Below are positions 28,571-42,555 of a stretch of DNA of 64,000 nt, piece by piece. This stretch comes from the human T2T-CHM13v2.0 reference genome, Homo sapiens. The first letter of the stretch is position 1, and the number at the start of each line of letters is the position of its first letter. The notes beneath the pieces were generated by a model, which searched no databases, had not been told where the DNA came from, and was given only the letters and a program-made list of their open reading frames with translations. Location: NCBI RefSeq assembly GCF_009914755.1, contig NC_060934.1; one strand, 5' to 3'. The position numbers and the translations under genes were made by a program.

Positions 28571-28873
28571 AAATCATTACAGAAAATTCAACAAATTTGC
28601 TTATCAACAAATATTCATTGCATGCTTACGGTGAGCCAGGAATATTCTAACATTGAAGACGCTAATAGGGAACAAAGCAGATGAAGTGCCTACCCTCAGA
28701 GAGTTTGCACTCTGCAGTTATAACTGATGTGGGCCAGGTACTGTGCCTGACACATCTCAGATACCTAACCAACATTCTTATCTTCTGGGGACTCTACCTC
28801 GTAAACACTACTAAGAGAAGACTGACAGCATTATGCTTCGCTTCACTGGATGGAATGGCTTCAACTTCCAGAC

Positions 28874-29334
28874 TTGTGCTGTCCAATATGGTACCAGTAA
28901 CCACATGTGGCATTTGAGCACTTGAAAAATGACTAGTGTGATTGAGAAACTAACTTTTTCATTGCATTTGATTTTAATGACTTTAAATTTAGATTTCAAA
29001 CCTAGAGCAGTGTAAAATATTTTTATGATAAACACACCGTTTTTGTTTTGGCAGGGCTATATTTTATTTTAACCGTTGGAAATTTAGCTTCTGAATTTAT
29101 TTGTGCTGCAAGTATAACGTACACGTCTAATTTTGAAGACTAGGATGGAAAAGAATGTAAAATATCTTGACAATCTTTTATATGGTCTACAGATTGAAAT
29201 AATATTTTAGATGTATTGGCTTAAATGAAGTATATTACTGACATAAGTTTTACTAGTTTGCTTTTTTCATGTGGCTATTAGAAAATTAAAATTTGCATAT
29301 AAGGCTCACATTATATTTCCATTGGGTAGCACTG
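28874..29334. mobile_element. Charlie1-family hAT transposon (MER3/MER33-type ends, Charlie1b-like)
   Basis: TIRs GTGCTGTCCAAT..ATTGGGTAGCACTG; degenerate 8-bp TSD TTCCAGAC / CTATAGAC. Confidence 0.78.
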
Positions 29335-30659
29335 CTATAGACCATGCTGAAAAATTTTCTTTTCTATTATTAGAATGGTCTTTTAGAGTGTGCTTATATG
29401 AGAGGTAAAAAGCCATGTAACTATGAGTCACACCCACAGTTGCTTTAAATACTTCGAAGCCATGTAAGATAATTCAGTTTGTATGATGCATTTTTAAAAT
29501 GAAATTGACATAAAATAATGTCTTAATTATGTATTAAACCTCTCTTACCACCATTTGTTGAAACAACACAGAAGAAGAAAAGTAACAACATCACAATGTC
29601 AAAAAGGGAAATGGAAGAATTAAATAATCATTGCTGTTTTAGTAATTACACCTGGAATCAGGGATGTTGGAGAAAGTGACGGATGAGCTCTGTCTTTTCA
29701 TGTGGAGGAGTTGGTTGATACTGCATTCTAATTAATTCTCTAAGTTCCAGATACTGGCTAGAAATTAATACATTTCTTTTGTGACCTTTATATTTGATAA
29801 ATAACAAATTACTTTGTCAATTAAAAGAAACGAAGTTGACACATGCATTAGTCCCCATATCTAATTTATCATGGTGTTGGAAATAAGTAATCCATCCCTT
29901 TAATTATTTATTCATTAAGAAAGCTCAAGAAACTTAATACACAATTTCATTTCTTTTTACATGGTATCCCTATTCAGAAATGCTATGGGAAAAGAAGTCC
30001 ATCATTTGTAACTAGTTAGACCTTAAGCACCCAAATTCTTCTGAAGGTCTAGACCCCGCCCAGGCAGGAAATAAATGCATGGATCCTTCCTTTGTTTTTG
30101 GTGAGAAGACAGAACATAATAGGAGAAAGAAGAATAAAAATCAAGTTTTTGATGGGAATTTGAAGTTCTAAGGAATTAACTTTCTAACTAAATGAACATT
30201 TTAACTTTCTCACTGAACTCTAGATGAACTTAGGTCCAGTTATCTCTGGGATTCTTGGGCTTCATTCTGGGCTGAATTCTGTTTCTCAACTTTATTCTGA
30301 TATAACTCACTTCCTTTAGGGCTCCTCGTGATAAACCCAGGGCAGGTTCTATTCAGCTGTCAATCTCAAGGAAGTCCTTGTAGGTTTCAGATTTAGGATG
30401 TGTGTGTGTGTGTCCTTAATATGCATTACATTACTGTACATACACTGTTTAACCATATTTATCACAAATATTTAATCCCAGCAAAAGTTTTAGATTAAGG
30501 TTTAGAATACAGAAGTAGTTTTCATGGTCATATAGCTAGTAAATTGCAGAGCTGGGTTGAAACTCAGGTCCTTCTGACTCTACCCAAGTCTTTGTAACTG
30601 CTATCCCAGTATGAGCTTTTAGATGAAACTGCTTGCAAAAATCCACCTTGAAAATAATT

Positions 30660-31001
30660 GGCTGGGCAATATGATCATGCACTTTTGGAGGCTGAGGCAG
30701 GAGGATTGTTTGAGGCCCGCAGTTCGAGACCAATCTGGGCAATATAATGAGATCTTATCTCTACAAAAAATCAAAAACATTAGCCAGGTGTGGGTGGTGA
30801 TGCGTCCCTGTGGTCCTAGCTACTCGGAAGGCTGAGGTGGGAGGATCACCTGAGCCCAGGAGGTGGAGGCTGCAATGAGCTGTGATGGCACCAAAGCCTG
30901 AGTAACAGAGCGAGACCCTGACTCAAACAAAACAAAACAAAACAAAACAAAACAAGAATAAACAAACAAATCAAAAAAAGCAAAGAAAAGAAAGAAAGAA
31001 A
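30660..31001 (+). mobile_element. AluJ with a (CAAAA)n tail
   Basis: GGAGGATCACCTGAGCCCAGGAGGTGGAGGCTGCAATGAGC. Confidence 0.88.
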
Positions 31002-33376
31002 ATCTGCTACATGGATGATATTTTTTTCCTTCTTTCTTCCTTTTACCTGTAAATGGAGATAGTAGGATAGTAGAACCGACCATCAGCAGGATGTGTTGCC
31101 ACAGAAGAAATCGATATTGTGCTAGACTTCATATCAGGAAGCTGAGTACAGATGGACTGACTCTCATCAATAAACGCCATGGGAACACAAACCAGGTATT
31201 CTATTTTATTTCATTTTTTGCTCTGAATCAAACCCAATGAACAAATATTGACTCTCTGTAAGACTTTTATGCCATTAAGGCCACAGTTGAAATTATCCTC
31301 GCCATCTTCTCTATTTCCTTCTTCCTAGCCCCCGGGCTGTCACCCCTGGCATCCTTTCTATGCCTGTTTTCTTATTCTGTTTATCTTGATGAGACTATCT
31401 GATGGAAATCTGCTTGGTGGGAACAAAAATTGGTCAAAAACTATGGGCGTGGGTCCCCTCTTTGGTTCTGCTGGGAGTGTGAAGTGAGGCAGGAAGGTAT
31501 AGGAAGGGCTTGGGAGTGGGCAGGAATGGGGAAAGGAGAGGCTCCGAGACAAAGGCATTTGGGGTGGGTGACTTTGTTGTGCCTGGACCTCCTTTGTCTG
31601 GGACTGTGGAGAAGATAAATACCACAGTTCCTGGGATGAATTACCCAGCTGCAGAGCCATCCTGGCTCCTCAGGAAAACATATGCCCTTTGCTCTGTCAT
31701 CTTCGGGGCAATGACCAACTTCCCTCTTTTGTGCTCCCTAAGGGCTTCGGTTAGAGGTAAATAACTTACTTAGCTAATGTACCCTCTGGTGGAAAAAAAG
31801 GACGGAGTCTAAAGACATTCCGAATGACCCAGCCGGTGGCTGGAGGTAAGAGGAAGGTGAACAACTGCCCCTCATTCTTGCAAATTTGTTTTGGTTTCTA
31901 TTGAATTTTGAATGACTGGAATCTGTTACTATAAACATATTTTGTTATGTAAATGCATCATCAGCCCCCACCTCCCCACACACCTCTTCCAATCCCCTCC
32001 AAATTCCTAAATTAGAGAGCAGGTAAACAGTAGTTAGAAAACGCCTAAAGCAATCGACCTGTGTTAATCTCACCCGGAGAACAAAATCATGGAATATGTG
32101 ATTATTTTAGAGTTAAAAACGAGGCGTTTTCATGAATCAGCACTTGGGAAAGCCTCTTGGGGATTTTCTGATTGCATAGTTGAATCACTTGTTATTGACC
32201 AGCATGCTTTCTTACCTGAGTATGGGGAACAAAAAGAATCAGGGAGACTTTTACCCTCGAAGAGTTTTCAGACTGAGGAGCTATGCTGTCTACAGACTCC
32301 AAGACAGGGTATGTGTTGATGTGTCTTTGTATTGCCAGCTCCTCACAAGGCCAGGCACCTGCTATGCATTTCAGTATACAGGGATTGAGTGAATAAATAG
32401 CATACTTAATAGGAGAATAAGTCTATGCTAAGTGCCAAGTGACGGATGACTCCCAGAGATGCTCTAGAAGACAGAAGCAGTCCCTGTGGAGTGATCAGAG
32501 AAGGCTGCTTAGAATATTTGAGCTAGCTCTTGCAAAGGGAATAAATAAAAGGAGTGAATGAGGGCATGTTCCTTGGAGCTAGAAAATAGTGGGTAAATTG
32601 AGAATCTACTAGTCCGAGCTTGAAAGAGTTTATGCTGGAAGTAAGGGCAGGGGGAGGATTAATAAAAATCAGAAAACACCCTGAAGAGGGTCACGTGGGT
32701 CAGGAGCGTTGTAATTATGATTTTTCTTTTTGTTGCAGGTCAACAGTGGGGTGAGATCAACGAACGCTGCTGTTGTTATTTATGATATGGAGCTGGTATG
32801 ACTCTAGGTCTGGTTGAACTCTTACCTCTAGTCTGGAGGGTATAGAGGTCATGCATGATTTAATGCAGGTCATGGCCATTTCCAGGGAGAAGAGCAGCCC
32901 ACGAACCACTGGGGGTATGAATGGCAATGTCTTTGCCTTGAAGGATGGTACACTTATTCCTTTGAAGTGCTTTACTGAATATTTAAGCCTATTCTCTTCT
33001 GCTTGACTTCTTGTTTTTTTCTTTTATTTTTTTCCTGTGGAATGGTTGACTCAGTTGAAGAGTTCATTTGGTCAGTAATTGCAATAGGATGTGGGTATTT
33101 TCCACATCCTTAACTTGTAAAACCATCTTGGAGCAGCATTCGCCTCCTGTGTAAAATGTGCAAATTTGCAACACAGAGAGAGGTGACATAAAGGACAAAC
33201 CTAGTGCCCTCCCTGGTGCCCACTCTAACCCTAGGGTTGACACCAGGTGCTCATGTACGTCCAAAAAGCATCGCTGGTGAGTCTCATCATCCCAGACCTA
33301 AATCTCCAAAAAGAGAGAGAATCTTTTAAGAAGAATACAATAAAATAGACAGATACAAATGATAAACCAAAAATCA

Positions 33377-33665
33377 GGGCACAGCAGCTCACGCTTGTAA
33401 TCCCAGCACTTTGGGAGGCCAAGGCAGGAGGATTGCTTGAGTCCAGGAGTTTGAAACCAGCCTGGGAAACATAGTGAAACCTGTCTCTACAAAAAATTAG
33501 CCTGGTATGGTGGTGCATGCCTGTAATCCCAGCTATTTGGGAGACTGAGGTGGGAGGATCACCTGAGACTGGGAGATCAAGGCTGCAGTGAGCTGTGATT
33601 ATGCCAATGCACTCTTGCCTGGGTGACAGAGCAAGATCCTGTCTCAGAGAAAAAAGGAGAAAAAA
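33377..33665 (+). mobile_element. AluJ
   Basis: Dimeric AluJ; TSD AAAAATCAGG. Confidence 0.9.
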
Positions 33666-36654
33666 ATCAGGATCAAGGGAAAGTCCCAAGTCAATTCCTG
33701 CTTCCAAGGAGCTTATAATTAATTGGGAATCCAGTATAACTCTTACACAAGGGGAAAAATATCCATATTCCTAATGGAGCAATATTCAAATACGTAGAAA
33801 TCAATGAGATGGAAATGAAGCGCTTCATTTCTGAAGGGACACAGGGCGAAAGGGATAAATGTGTGTTCACGGGGAAAACATCCCAAACATAAAATAGCTT
33901 GAGTCGATATATTTTTGTCGGTACATTTGGAGACCAAAAGGTTCTGACTCAGAGTGGAAAATGAATAATTTTTGTATGAGTGAGGATAAGTTACAGCCAC
34001 ATAACCAGATAGGGCCCTGAGCTGCAGGGAGGGCAGGAAGTAGGTTGTACACTTTGCTCAGCATAAACTCGTGCAGAAACACAGAAGGATTTGCATTAAG
34101 CTTTTCTTTTCCATTTTGTTGGTTGCTTTCAGTAATGTTAGATGAATCAGTCATGCCAACCTTTAAAAGTTAGGGAGAGAAAGATTTGAAGAGAGAACGG
34201 AGGTACTTAACAGCTCCACTGAAGCTCACTGGATTAGATGAGCTTCAGTGATAATAGTATTTCTGACTTAGCTTCTGTGACACCTTCCAACCAGCTCAAA
34301 GCATTGTATAGACACTATCTCATTAATTCTGTCGACATCCTAGTGAGGGACGTGGTGCCAAGTGTAATTTGCGATCACTTTATGGATTTAGACATGGGAT
34401 GAAGTGAGTTTTTATAAAAACGATTATGAAATTTGGCTGTTTCAAGAAAGCAACCCAAGTTTTTTGAGTCAATTTCTAGAGCCTTCATGATGATTTCTCA
34501 CCTTCTTCTTCTGTCCCTTTGATCAGATGTCTGAAACACCGAAAAGAAAAGGAAAAGACACATTTTTTTTTGACAGATTATGATCTTCTTAGGTTTTCAG
34601 CTTTGGGCTTACTTTGTACTTGAACACTTGAATAGAAAATCTGTAACCTTCAAAAATCATCGATATCATTCTGAAACTCCAGTGTTCGTGATCAAATCTT
34701 TTTGTGAGTTTCTGCATGTAGATTTCACATTTCCATCGAGGGTCCTTTCTTCCCATTATGCCCCTCTCTCTCTTCTTGACTATATTGTAAGCTCCAGGGG
34801 CTGCAGAAATTGTAGGGTTTTACTTTTCTATCTCCTAGTACCCAGCATTGTCTTTCCTAAAGTAGCAGTGAATATTAGTTGGATGCCTGAGGGGGTGTTT
34901 GCCAACATGGTGGGCACAGCTGCAAAAACCCCTAAGCTAGTTTTATCTAACTTCGCTCTTTAATTCTGTCCCAGCAAAGGCTTGGGGACATAGGTCTAGA
35001 AAAAGATATTGCCCTGTTGATGCTGTTATAGCTTAGGTGAGTTTTTGGAGGCCTATACTTAGAGGTAAAGGTTTAAAGAGTTGGAGGCTTGGGCTTCTTT
35101 GAAAACAGGTTTAATTTCTGATTTGAACTGAGGTATCTTAGGCTTCACCAAATTGGTCCTGTAATAAATATGTGATCAGATAGAGCATGCAAACTTTTCT
35201 GGAATCCCCAGCAACCACTTCCCCAGCCTCCCCAGTCCACCATCAGGCTGTCTAATTCAGCCAGCACCAAGCTGCAATTCACCAGTTACTGCCAGCTGAC
35301 AGCCTGCCCCTGGGACGCTGTCACTCAGGAGTTAGCTTTTCTTGTTTTTTTTTTTTTCCTGAATGTGAATGGCTAAAACTTTGGTTTTTCTCTAAAACGC
35401 TGGCTCCAAGGCAGTGATGAGAAAAAAAAATGGGCTTTTTACTACTAAATCAGCAGGCTGAAAAATCCCTTATAAGTACTTCTGCTCAGATCACAGATGA
35501 CCCTTGGCCTGGTGAGACCTTCAGGAGCCTGCAGGGGGCAGGAGGACAGGAGGCACCTGCACTCCATCAGAGAGTGGGAGGTGGGGAGGGGGCCGCACTC
35601 ACTCTCCAGGATCCTTGGGGCTTCAGCCTTGGGTGGCTACCTCTTTCCTTGTCTCTCCCAATCCTTCAAAGGACACGCAAACTCAATTTACTTTCTAGGC
35701 CAGGAATCCTGAACTTTGGGTGAGCAATAGAATTAATTTAAATAGGTGAAAAAAAGAAAAAGAGTGACAGGAGAAGTACTCCCTGTTTTAAAATTTCTGA
35801 ATGCTCCTGGCTTCCTGAAGAGACTTCCGAAGCTTTAAAGAAACTCCAGTGATATTAAAATGCAGCAGCAGAAGGACTTGCTTGCCATTTTTTTTTTTTC
35901 CTCAACTGGACTTGCGAGATTCAGATTCCTTCACAGGGTATGGAGAAGTTGGTTGGTTTCAGGTTGTCCCTCCAGGAAACTCAATTAAATTGTACTAGGC
36001 AGTTTTTTTTCTTCCTCCTCTATTTTGTCGACAATTTCATTCCTGGGTTTGTAGTCGAGGGATTGGCCCTATAGGTAATATAGATTCTAGAAGAAACTTT
36101 GGCTTCATTTGAAGTTAAAAACTTTCTTAAAAAAAATGACATTCTTTTTTTATCTGTGCTACAGCCTTCCCCCTTTCTAGTGTACTTTTTAAACATTTTA
36201 GTTTCACTTTGAAATCTACCTTTTGGGCTACATTCGTTTCCCTTGGTTTCTTGTGGTTTTGTGGCTGGGAAGTCTCTCTGGTCACCTTGGCAATGTGAAA
36301 TATTTGCACAAAATAAACAACCTTCTTACTTTCCTTTTGCACCTTCTTAGAAAAAATACTAATCTACCAGGTACCTGTCAAAAACAGAGACTGATTCTTT
36401 TTCCCATCCTGTCAATGGGGAATTGTTCTGTGCAGGCTTTTACTCTCTCAAAATAGCAGTAATGACTGCTTTAATCACTTTGTTCTAATCTGAGCCAAAC
36501 AATGCCTCCTTCTTACCTTCATCTCTCCTTTTCCCTCTTTTCCCCCCTCTCAAAGCAATTGTTTTCATCCAAGCTCAGCCAGAACTGGCAAAGGAATGGG
36601 TTATTTTCCTGATTTGATTAGTGAGGATATATATACTACATACAATAGTATAAT

Positions 36655-36915
36655 AGGGTGGCCAAGAGTCAAGAATATGAATTCTGGAGTCAAAATGACT
36701 TGAATTCTGATTCTGTGACTCGCTGGCTGTGTGACTTTAGACTTGCTATTTAGCCTCTCGGAGCCTCTGCTTCCTCTTCTGTAAAATGAGGATATAGTAG
36801 GACCTATGGATGAGGGTCATTGGAAAGGTTAAATGAGATACAATGTGAAGTGCTTTGTATAGTGCCTGGTTTAGAGTAAGAGCTCAGACATGGTCATCAT
36901 CATCATTATTATTAC
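36655..36915 (+). mobile_element. MIR, near full length
   Basis: TTCTGGAGTCA..GCTGTGTGACTTT..TCTGTAAAATGAGGATA..TTAAATGAGATA..AGTGCCTGG. Confidence 0.8.
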
Positions 36916-38261
36916 TTTCAATCTGAAGAGCATTAGGCCCATGAGATACTCCTTAAAAAAGAAACCCATGACCAACAAAGTTAGAGAAAGGGTGTACATA
37001 GAGCTACTTCGTGGTGATTCATAATGACCTTAACATAATAAGGCTCTTCGAGTACTTACAAAATCTATTTTATTTAATCTAGTTATTTCCCAAGTTATTT
37101 GGCTAAGGAGTCCCTCTCTTCTCTTTGCCTGTGTTCCTTGGGACACACTTGGAGGGAGGCCGAACCAGTGTGCTATTTAAGCTCCCTGCACTTCCCCCAA
37201 TAGTTACAGAAATCTGTACTGATCCTCTGAGGGATTGATGACATAAGTGTGTAATAGATACATTCCATAATTTAAACAAAAACATGTCAACCCGAGAAAC
37301 ACAAGGGAACACGCATTCAAGACCACCTGGTAATATGATGTGTTCATTGGTCTGAAATGCTTTAACCTCTTTTTTCCTCCTCTTCCTTGTAAAATTAAGT
37401 AGTTTATTTCAAACCAGATATGTCTAAAGTGAATATCCAATTCTCATCCAGTTTTTGTACGTTGATATAACCTATTACCACATTTTGTACTCCAGAAATA
37501 AAAATGCAAAATGTAGAAATGAGGTGCATTTCATAGAAGATACAGAGGTATGTAGATAGCTAGTGAGCTAATAAAATATGTAGACCTCTTTATGAATGCT
37601 GTGTACGAATCAGGTGAAAATGCTACAAAGCATTACAGTTATAATGATGGAACCATTGTCTGCTCTGAGTCAAGCATCCAATGTGGTAAGTAGAATTTAT
37701 AGACACACATGTGCAGTAGGATCTTCCTTGCTAATAGCTTTTTTCTCCTTGTTCTTGGGGAAAATGGGTTCAATAATAAGACAGACATTCGCAGAAACAC
37801 TGGAAGCACCTTTGTAATCCTGCAGTTAGAAAACTACTAACTGCTTCATCTGGAAAGGTTTGGGACAAAACTGTGACCTCAGGAGAAAGGCAAGCCATGA
37901 AGGCTCATCGGCTCTGAACCAAGGTGAGATTTTGGATGGCTGTGTAGCAGAGGAGTTGGGTGGTCTGCAGGGCAAGAAACCTAGCCCAGGATGCCATCAT
38001 GCTTGATGGGTGAGAGAATGAGATTCCTCAAGGTGATTTCTGCTCCAGGCTTGGCTCCAGTTACCAAACAGCAGAGTATGGTCTAATTTTGGTGACCTAG
38101 GATTTCTGGGACAGTCCTGATTTCAAATGTTGTGTGTCACTATCTCTGGACTCTTGAATGTACTAGAATCACGCTCTGATCTTAAGTTAAGGTCATCATC
38201 ACTCACAGCCCCTAGGAAGGAGCCAGGAAACCCACTCACCTACTGTGCATGGCATGTCACA

Positions 38262-38578
38262 TTTCTTTTTCTTTTTCTTTTTTTTTTTAGATGGGGTGTC
38301 ACTCTGTCACCCAGGCTGGAGTGCAGTGGTACAACCATAGCTCACTGCTCACTGCAGTCTCAAACTCCTAGGCTCAAGCGATCCTCCCATCTCAACCTCC
38401 CAAGTAGCCAGGACTACAGGTGTGTGCCACCATGCCTGGCTAATATATAAATATATTTTTGTAGAGTAGGGGTCTCACTGTGTTGCCCAGTCTAGTCTTA
38501 AACTCCTGGGCTTAAGGGATCCTCCTGCCTTGGCCTCCCAAAGTGCTGGGGTTACAGGCGTGAGCTACCACGCCCAGC
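38262..38578 (-). mobile_element. AluJ
   Basis: Antisense AluJ with a small internal duplication GCTCACT-GCTCACT. Confidence 0.9.
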
Positions 38579-39828
38579 TTATTTTTCTCTCTGAAAATCA
38601 GTTTATTTGTTTATAAAATGAGCACTTGAAAATGATAATTTCTATGTTCTCTTCCAGAACAAAGATTTGGGTTCTGTGTGACTTGGTGCAAAGCATTAGA
38701 TTATTTACTCTATTTTCAGTTCACTCACTTGGAGGAAAGGTTATGACTTGTTAAGTCTTTGCTATTTTCTCTGAGGTGATTTTTAATTTTCAGAATGGCA
38801 TGTACTAATTAAAAGCTCACAGCTCCACCCCTCACTATGATAGGTGCAACCGGCTGATTGGATGATTCTTAACAATTTATACTGGAAGTTGCTACAGTAA
38901 TTACTCCTTGTTTAGTCAATAGCAGAGTTAGTAGTAAAAATGTCAAAAATTTAACAACTCACCAGGTATTTTTTCTAAGCTGCCCTAGAGGCAGACACAG
39001 GTCAGATTAGATCTACTATCTAAACCCAATCCCTGTGTTAGAACAGAGCTTGTGTTTGCCTCTGACTGTAGGAGACAGGGTAAGAGGATGCAACCTTTTG
39101 TCAAAATGGGGAGGACCTTGAGAGATAATATGAGGAGCTTTCTTTTTTTTAACCCCCCTTCTTTCCCTGTGTGATGTTTTGTTTGTCCTGCAGTCTTGCA
39201 AATAAATGCTGGGCAAAGGCTCATGTAAATAGAGACTGTGAGTTCCTCCAAGGGAGTTTACAAACAGAATCCTTAAGACAAAACCAGCATTCTGGAGCCA
39301 TGATGGGAGGGTGCCTGTGAATTCCACCTGAGAGCACCTTGGGCCCTAGGAGTTAATGCCTGCAGGTTTATCTTTTAATGCAAGAAGCCAGAGATTTCTT
39401 ATCTCTGGTCAAACAGACATAATTGAGTTAAATATTCTACTTCCCAAAGCCTGGGTACAACTGATCTCCTTTGAGAGACAGTCCTAAAGGAGAGACTCAC
39501 AGCTGAGCTGGGGTGAATGGAGGTTTACTTGAAGAACAGTGGCAGTAAGTCTGACTTTTTTTTTTTTTGAAACCATGCTTTCCAAGACTTTAAGAAAGTC
39601 ATTCCCATTAGAAAAGCCAAATATATTTTGTCATATTCCTCAGAAAAAAAATAGGGTTTAGAAAAAAATGAAATAGTTGTTGAATGAATCTATGAATAAA
39701 GGAATTGATGAAAAAAAGAGATTAATAAATGAATACCTATGAATGAGATCAGCCTTGCAAAAGGTATTCCAGAACCCCAAGTCTTGAAGGGTTGATTTTG
39801 CCCAGAATCTCTTCAACATAGCATTTGA

Positions 39829-40165
<337 letters not shown>

Positions 40166-40656
40166 CACTCACACTGTTGATTTGGAGTAGTTTAACCTCC
40201 CATAATCACTGAGAGGACTCAAGCATTTCCTTCTTATTTTTCCCAATTATCAAAATAATGCTTGTAAAACATCAACCAGAATGGGACAGAAGAGATACTC
40301 ATGGGTCATATTTTATTTCTCTTAGCCTTTCTGTTTTGACTTTCCCTAGGTAGGGAAAGTTACCCCTGGCCATATGATTCAGTGAATTCTGTCATTGTGG
40401 AACTCAAAAATTTCTTCTTTACACCTAGATTCTCTTACTGTGGTTCCAATTATTCTTCAAAATAAGAGTGGTCAACCAATCACCAGAGCAGTAGGGAGTA
40501 ATATTTCATTTCATGTCTGTCTTGAAATCTTCATTTCAATTAGGAAATTGCTCATGTCACCCCTACAGCGTGAAAGACACCAAGAAAGAAAGAAGAACGT
40601 CTTCTGGATAGGATTGTGTGCTCAAGTTATATATATGTATTGAAAGAGAATCTCAT

Positions 40657-40956
40657 GGCTGGGCGCGGTGTCTCCTGCCTGCAATATCCCAGCACTTTGG
40701 GAGGCCGAGGCAGGTGGATTACTTGAGGTCAGGGGTTCCAGACCAGCCTGGCCAACATGGTGAAACCCCGTCTCTACTAAAAATACAAAAAATTAGCTGG
40801 ACATTGTGCACACCTGTAATCCCAGGTACTTGGGAGGCTGAAGCACAGAATCGCTTGAACCCAGGAGGCAGAAGTTGCAGTGAGCCGAGATTGCGCCACT
40901 GCACTCCAGCCTGGGTGACAGAGTGAGACTCTGTCTCAAAAATAAAAATAAAAACA
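40657..40956 (+). mobile_element. AluSx-like
   Basis: Dimeric Alu; TSD GAAAGAGAATCTCAT. Confidence 0.93.
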
Positions 40957-41043
40957 GAAAGAGAATCTCATGAGAAAGTAAATGAAAGCTTTTAGAGAAC
41001 AGGAATCAGACCCACGATAGGTACTCGGTTTTTTAAAATAAGG

Positions 41044-41174
41044 TTTTTTTTTTTTTTTTCCTTTTTTAAGAGACAGGGTTTCACTTTGTTGCCCAGGCTA
41101 GTCTTGAATTCCTGGTTTCAAGTGATCCTTCTGCCCTGGCCTCCCAAAGTGCTAGGATTACAGCAAGAGCCACT
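41044..41174 (-). mobile_element. FLAM / Alu left monomer
   Basis: Poly(T) plus antisense monomer. Confidence 0.85.
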
Positions 41175-41750
41175 TTATTTATGCCTTTTGCATAAATCAA
41201 TAATACAATTTTAGGTAAGTCCTTTCAGTGGGTTTATCACAGCTCATCTAGACTCCTTAATAATTAAACATTAAATATTTTATTTAAAATTTATTTTTAA
41301 ATTTAAACGACTTTTAACCTTACTCAACAACATTTCTTTAAGCATGTGCTGCATGCTGCGTTCTGTGGCTGGCACTGGGTTTCTGGTGGAGAACCTGGTA
41401 GATGGGTCCCTTGACCTTCATATTGCTACAGTTGAGTGACGGAAATTGGCATTAAGCTGTATCTGAATATATCATTAAAAACTGTGGAATCTCCCATGAA
41501 GAAAAAGAGCAGGGTGTTAGCAGAGAAGAGAATAGGGTTGGGGAGGGAAGGAGCATGTTCAGATGAGACGCCAGAGGAATTCTCTGGGGAAGCGACGTTT
41601 CAGCTGAGGCCTCCAGGAGTGCAGCGAGAGGAGAAGGGGCATCCCGGGGATAGGATAGGATCAGGCATAGTGCACAGGAGGCCCAAGGGAGGAGGAGAGG
41701 GCTTGGGCTTTTTGGGGAGCTGAGCACAAGTGTGGCTGGGTGGTGGGAAA

Positions 41751-42404
41751 TATAGGGGCGGAACAGTGTGATCCTTTCCCTCACCCATCATAAAGGTCAC
41801 AGCCAGCACTCCTGAAACAAAAGACAGGTTAGCAAGAGAAAACATAACAGATTTATTTAATCAGAGTTTTACAAGACACAGGAGACCTCAAAAATGAAGA
41901 CCCCCAAAGACCCAGGGAAAACTGTCCATTTTTATGCTTGGATTCGATGAAGAATGAACAGCTGTATAGAAATATGACTAGACCAAAGGGAATGACCTGA
42001 TGTCATAGACCGAGGGGGACACCCAGCAAGGCCCGTCTGTTCAGATTCTTCCTGGCCTCTCTGAGCAGCATTCCTTCCTCCTGAGTACAGGGCAGGACCC
42101 ATATGGAATGAGGGTCCCATGACCCACAATCTGACAAGGTAGGTCAGAGACTTTCTTTATGGTCAGCTCCTACACTGAAAGGCAGGAAAGTTTAGATTCA
42201 TATTTCTAGGTCTTATGGCTAGCTTGGGGTAGAGGGGTTCCAGTTTCTGGGGCCCACTCTGGAGAGGAAAGAGGAGTGAGAGACAGGAGGGCAGGAGAAG
42301 GTCAGAGAGAGACGTTACTCCTGAGACCTTCCAATCTCTTTAGTTCAAAGCTCTCAGCTTGCCAAAGCATCATACTTTAGGGTATCGTTTTCTGAGCTCC
42401 AACA
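41751..42404 (-). mobile_element. MER39/MER39B-like ERV1 solo LTR
   Basis: Reverse strand begins TGTTGGAGCTCAGAAAACGATACCCTAAAGTATG..CTTTGAACTAAAGAGATTGGAAGG; ~650 bp long. Confidence 0.8.
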
Positions 42405-42555
42405 AAAATAAGGGGTGGGGGGAGGTAGTGCAAAATGACGCAGGAATAGCAAACCAGAGCACCCAGGTGGGGTCTTGTGAGCCAGGTGAATGAGGGCACA
42501 ATGGGAAGTCAGTGGAGGGCTCTGAGCCATGTGATACAATTCATATTCAAATGTT

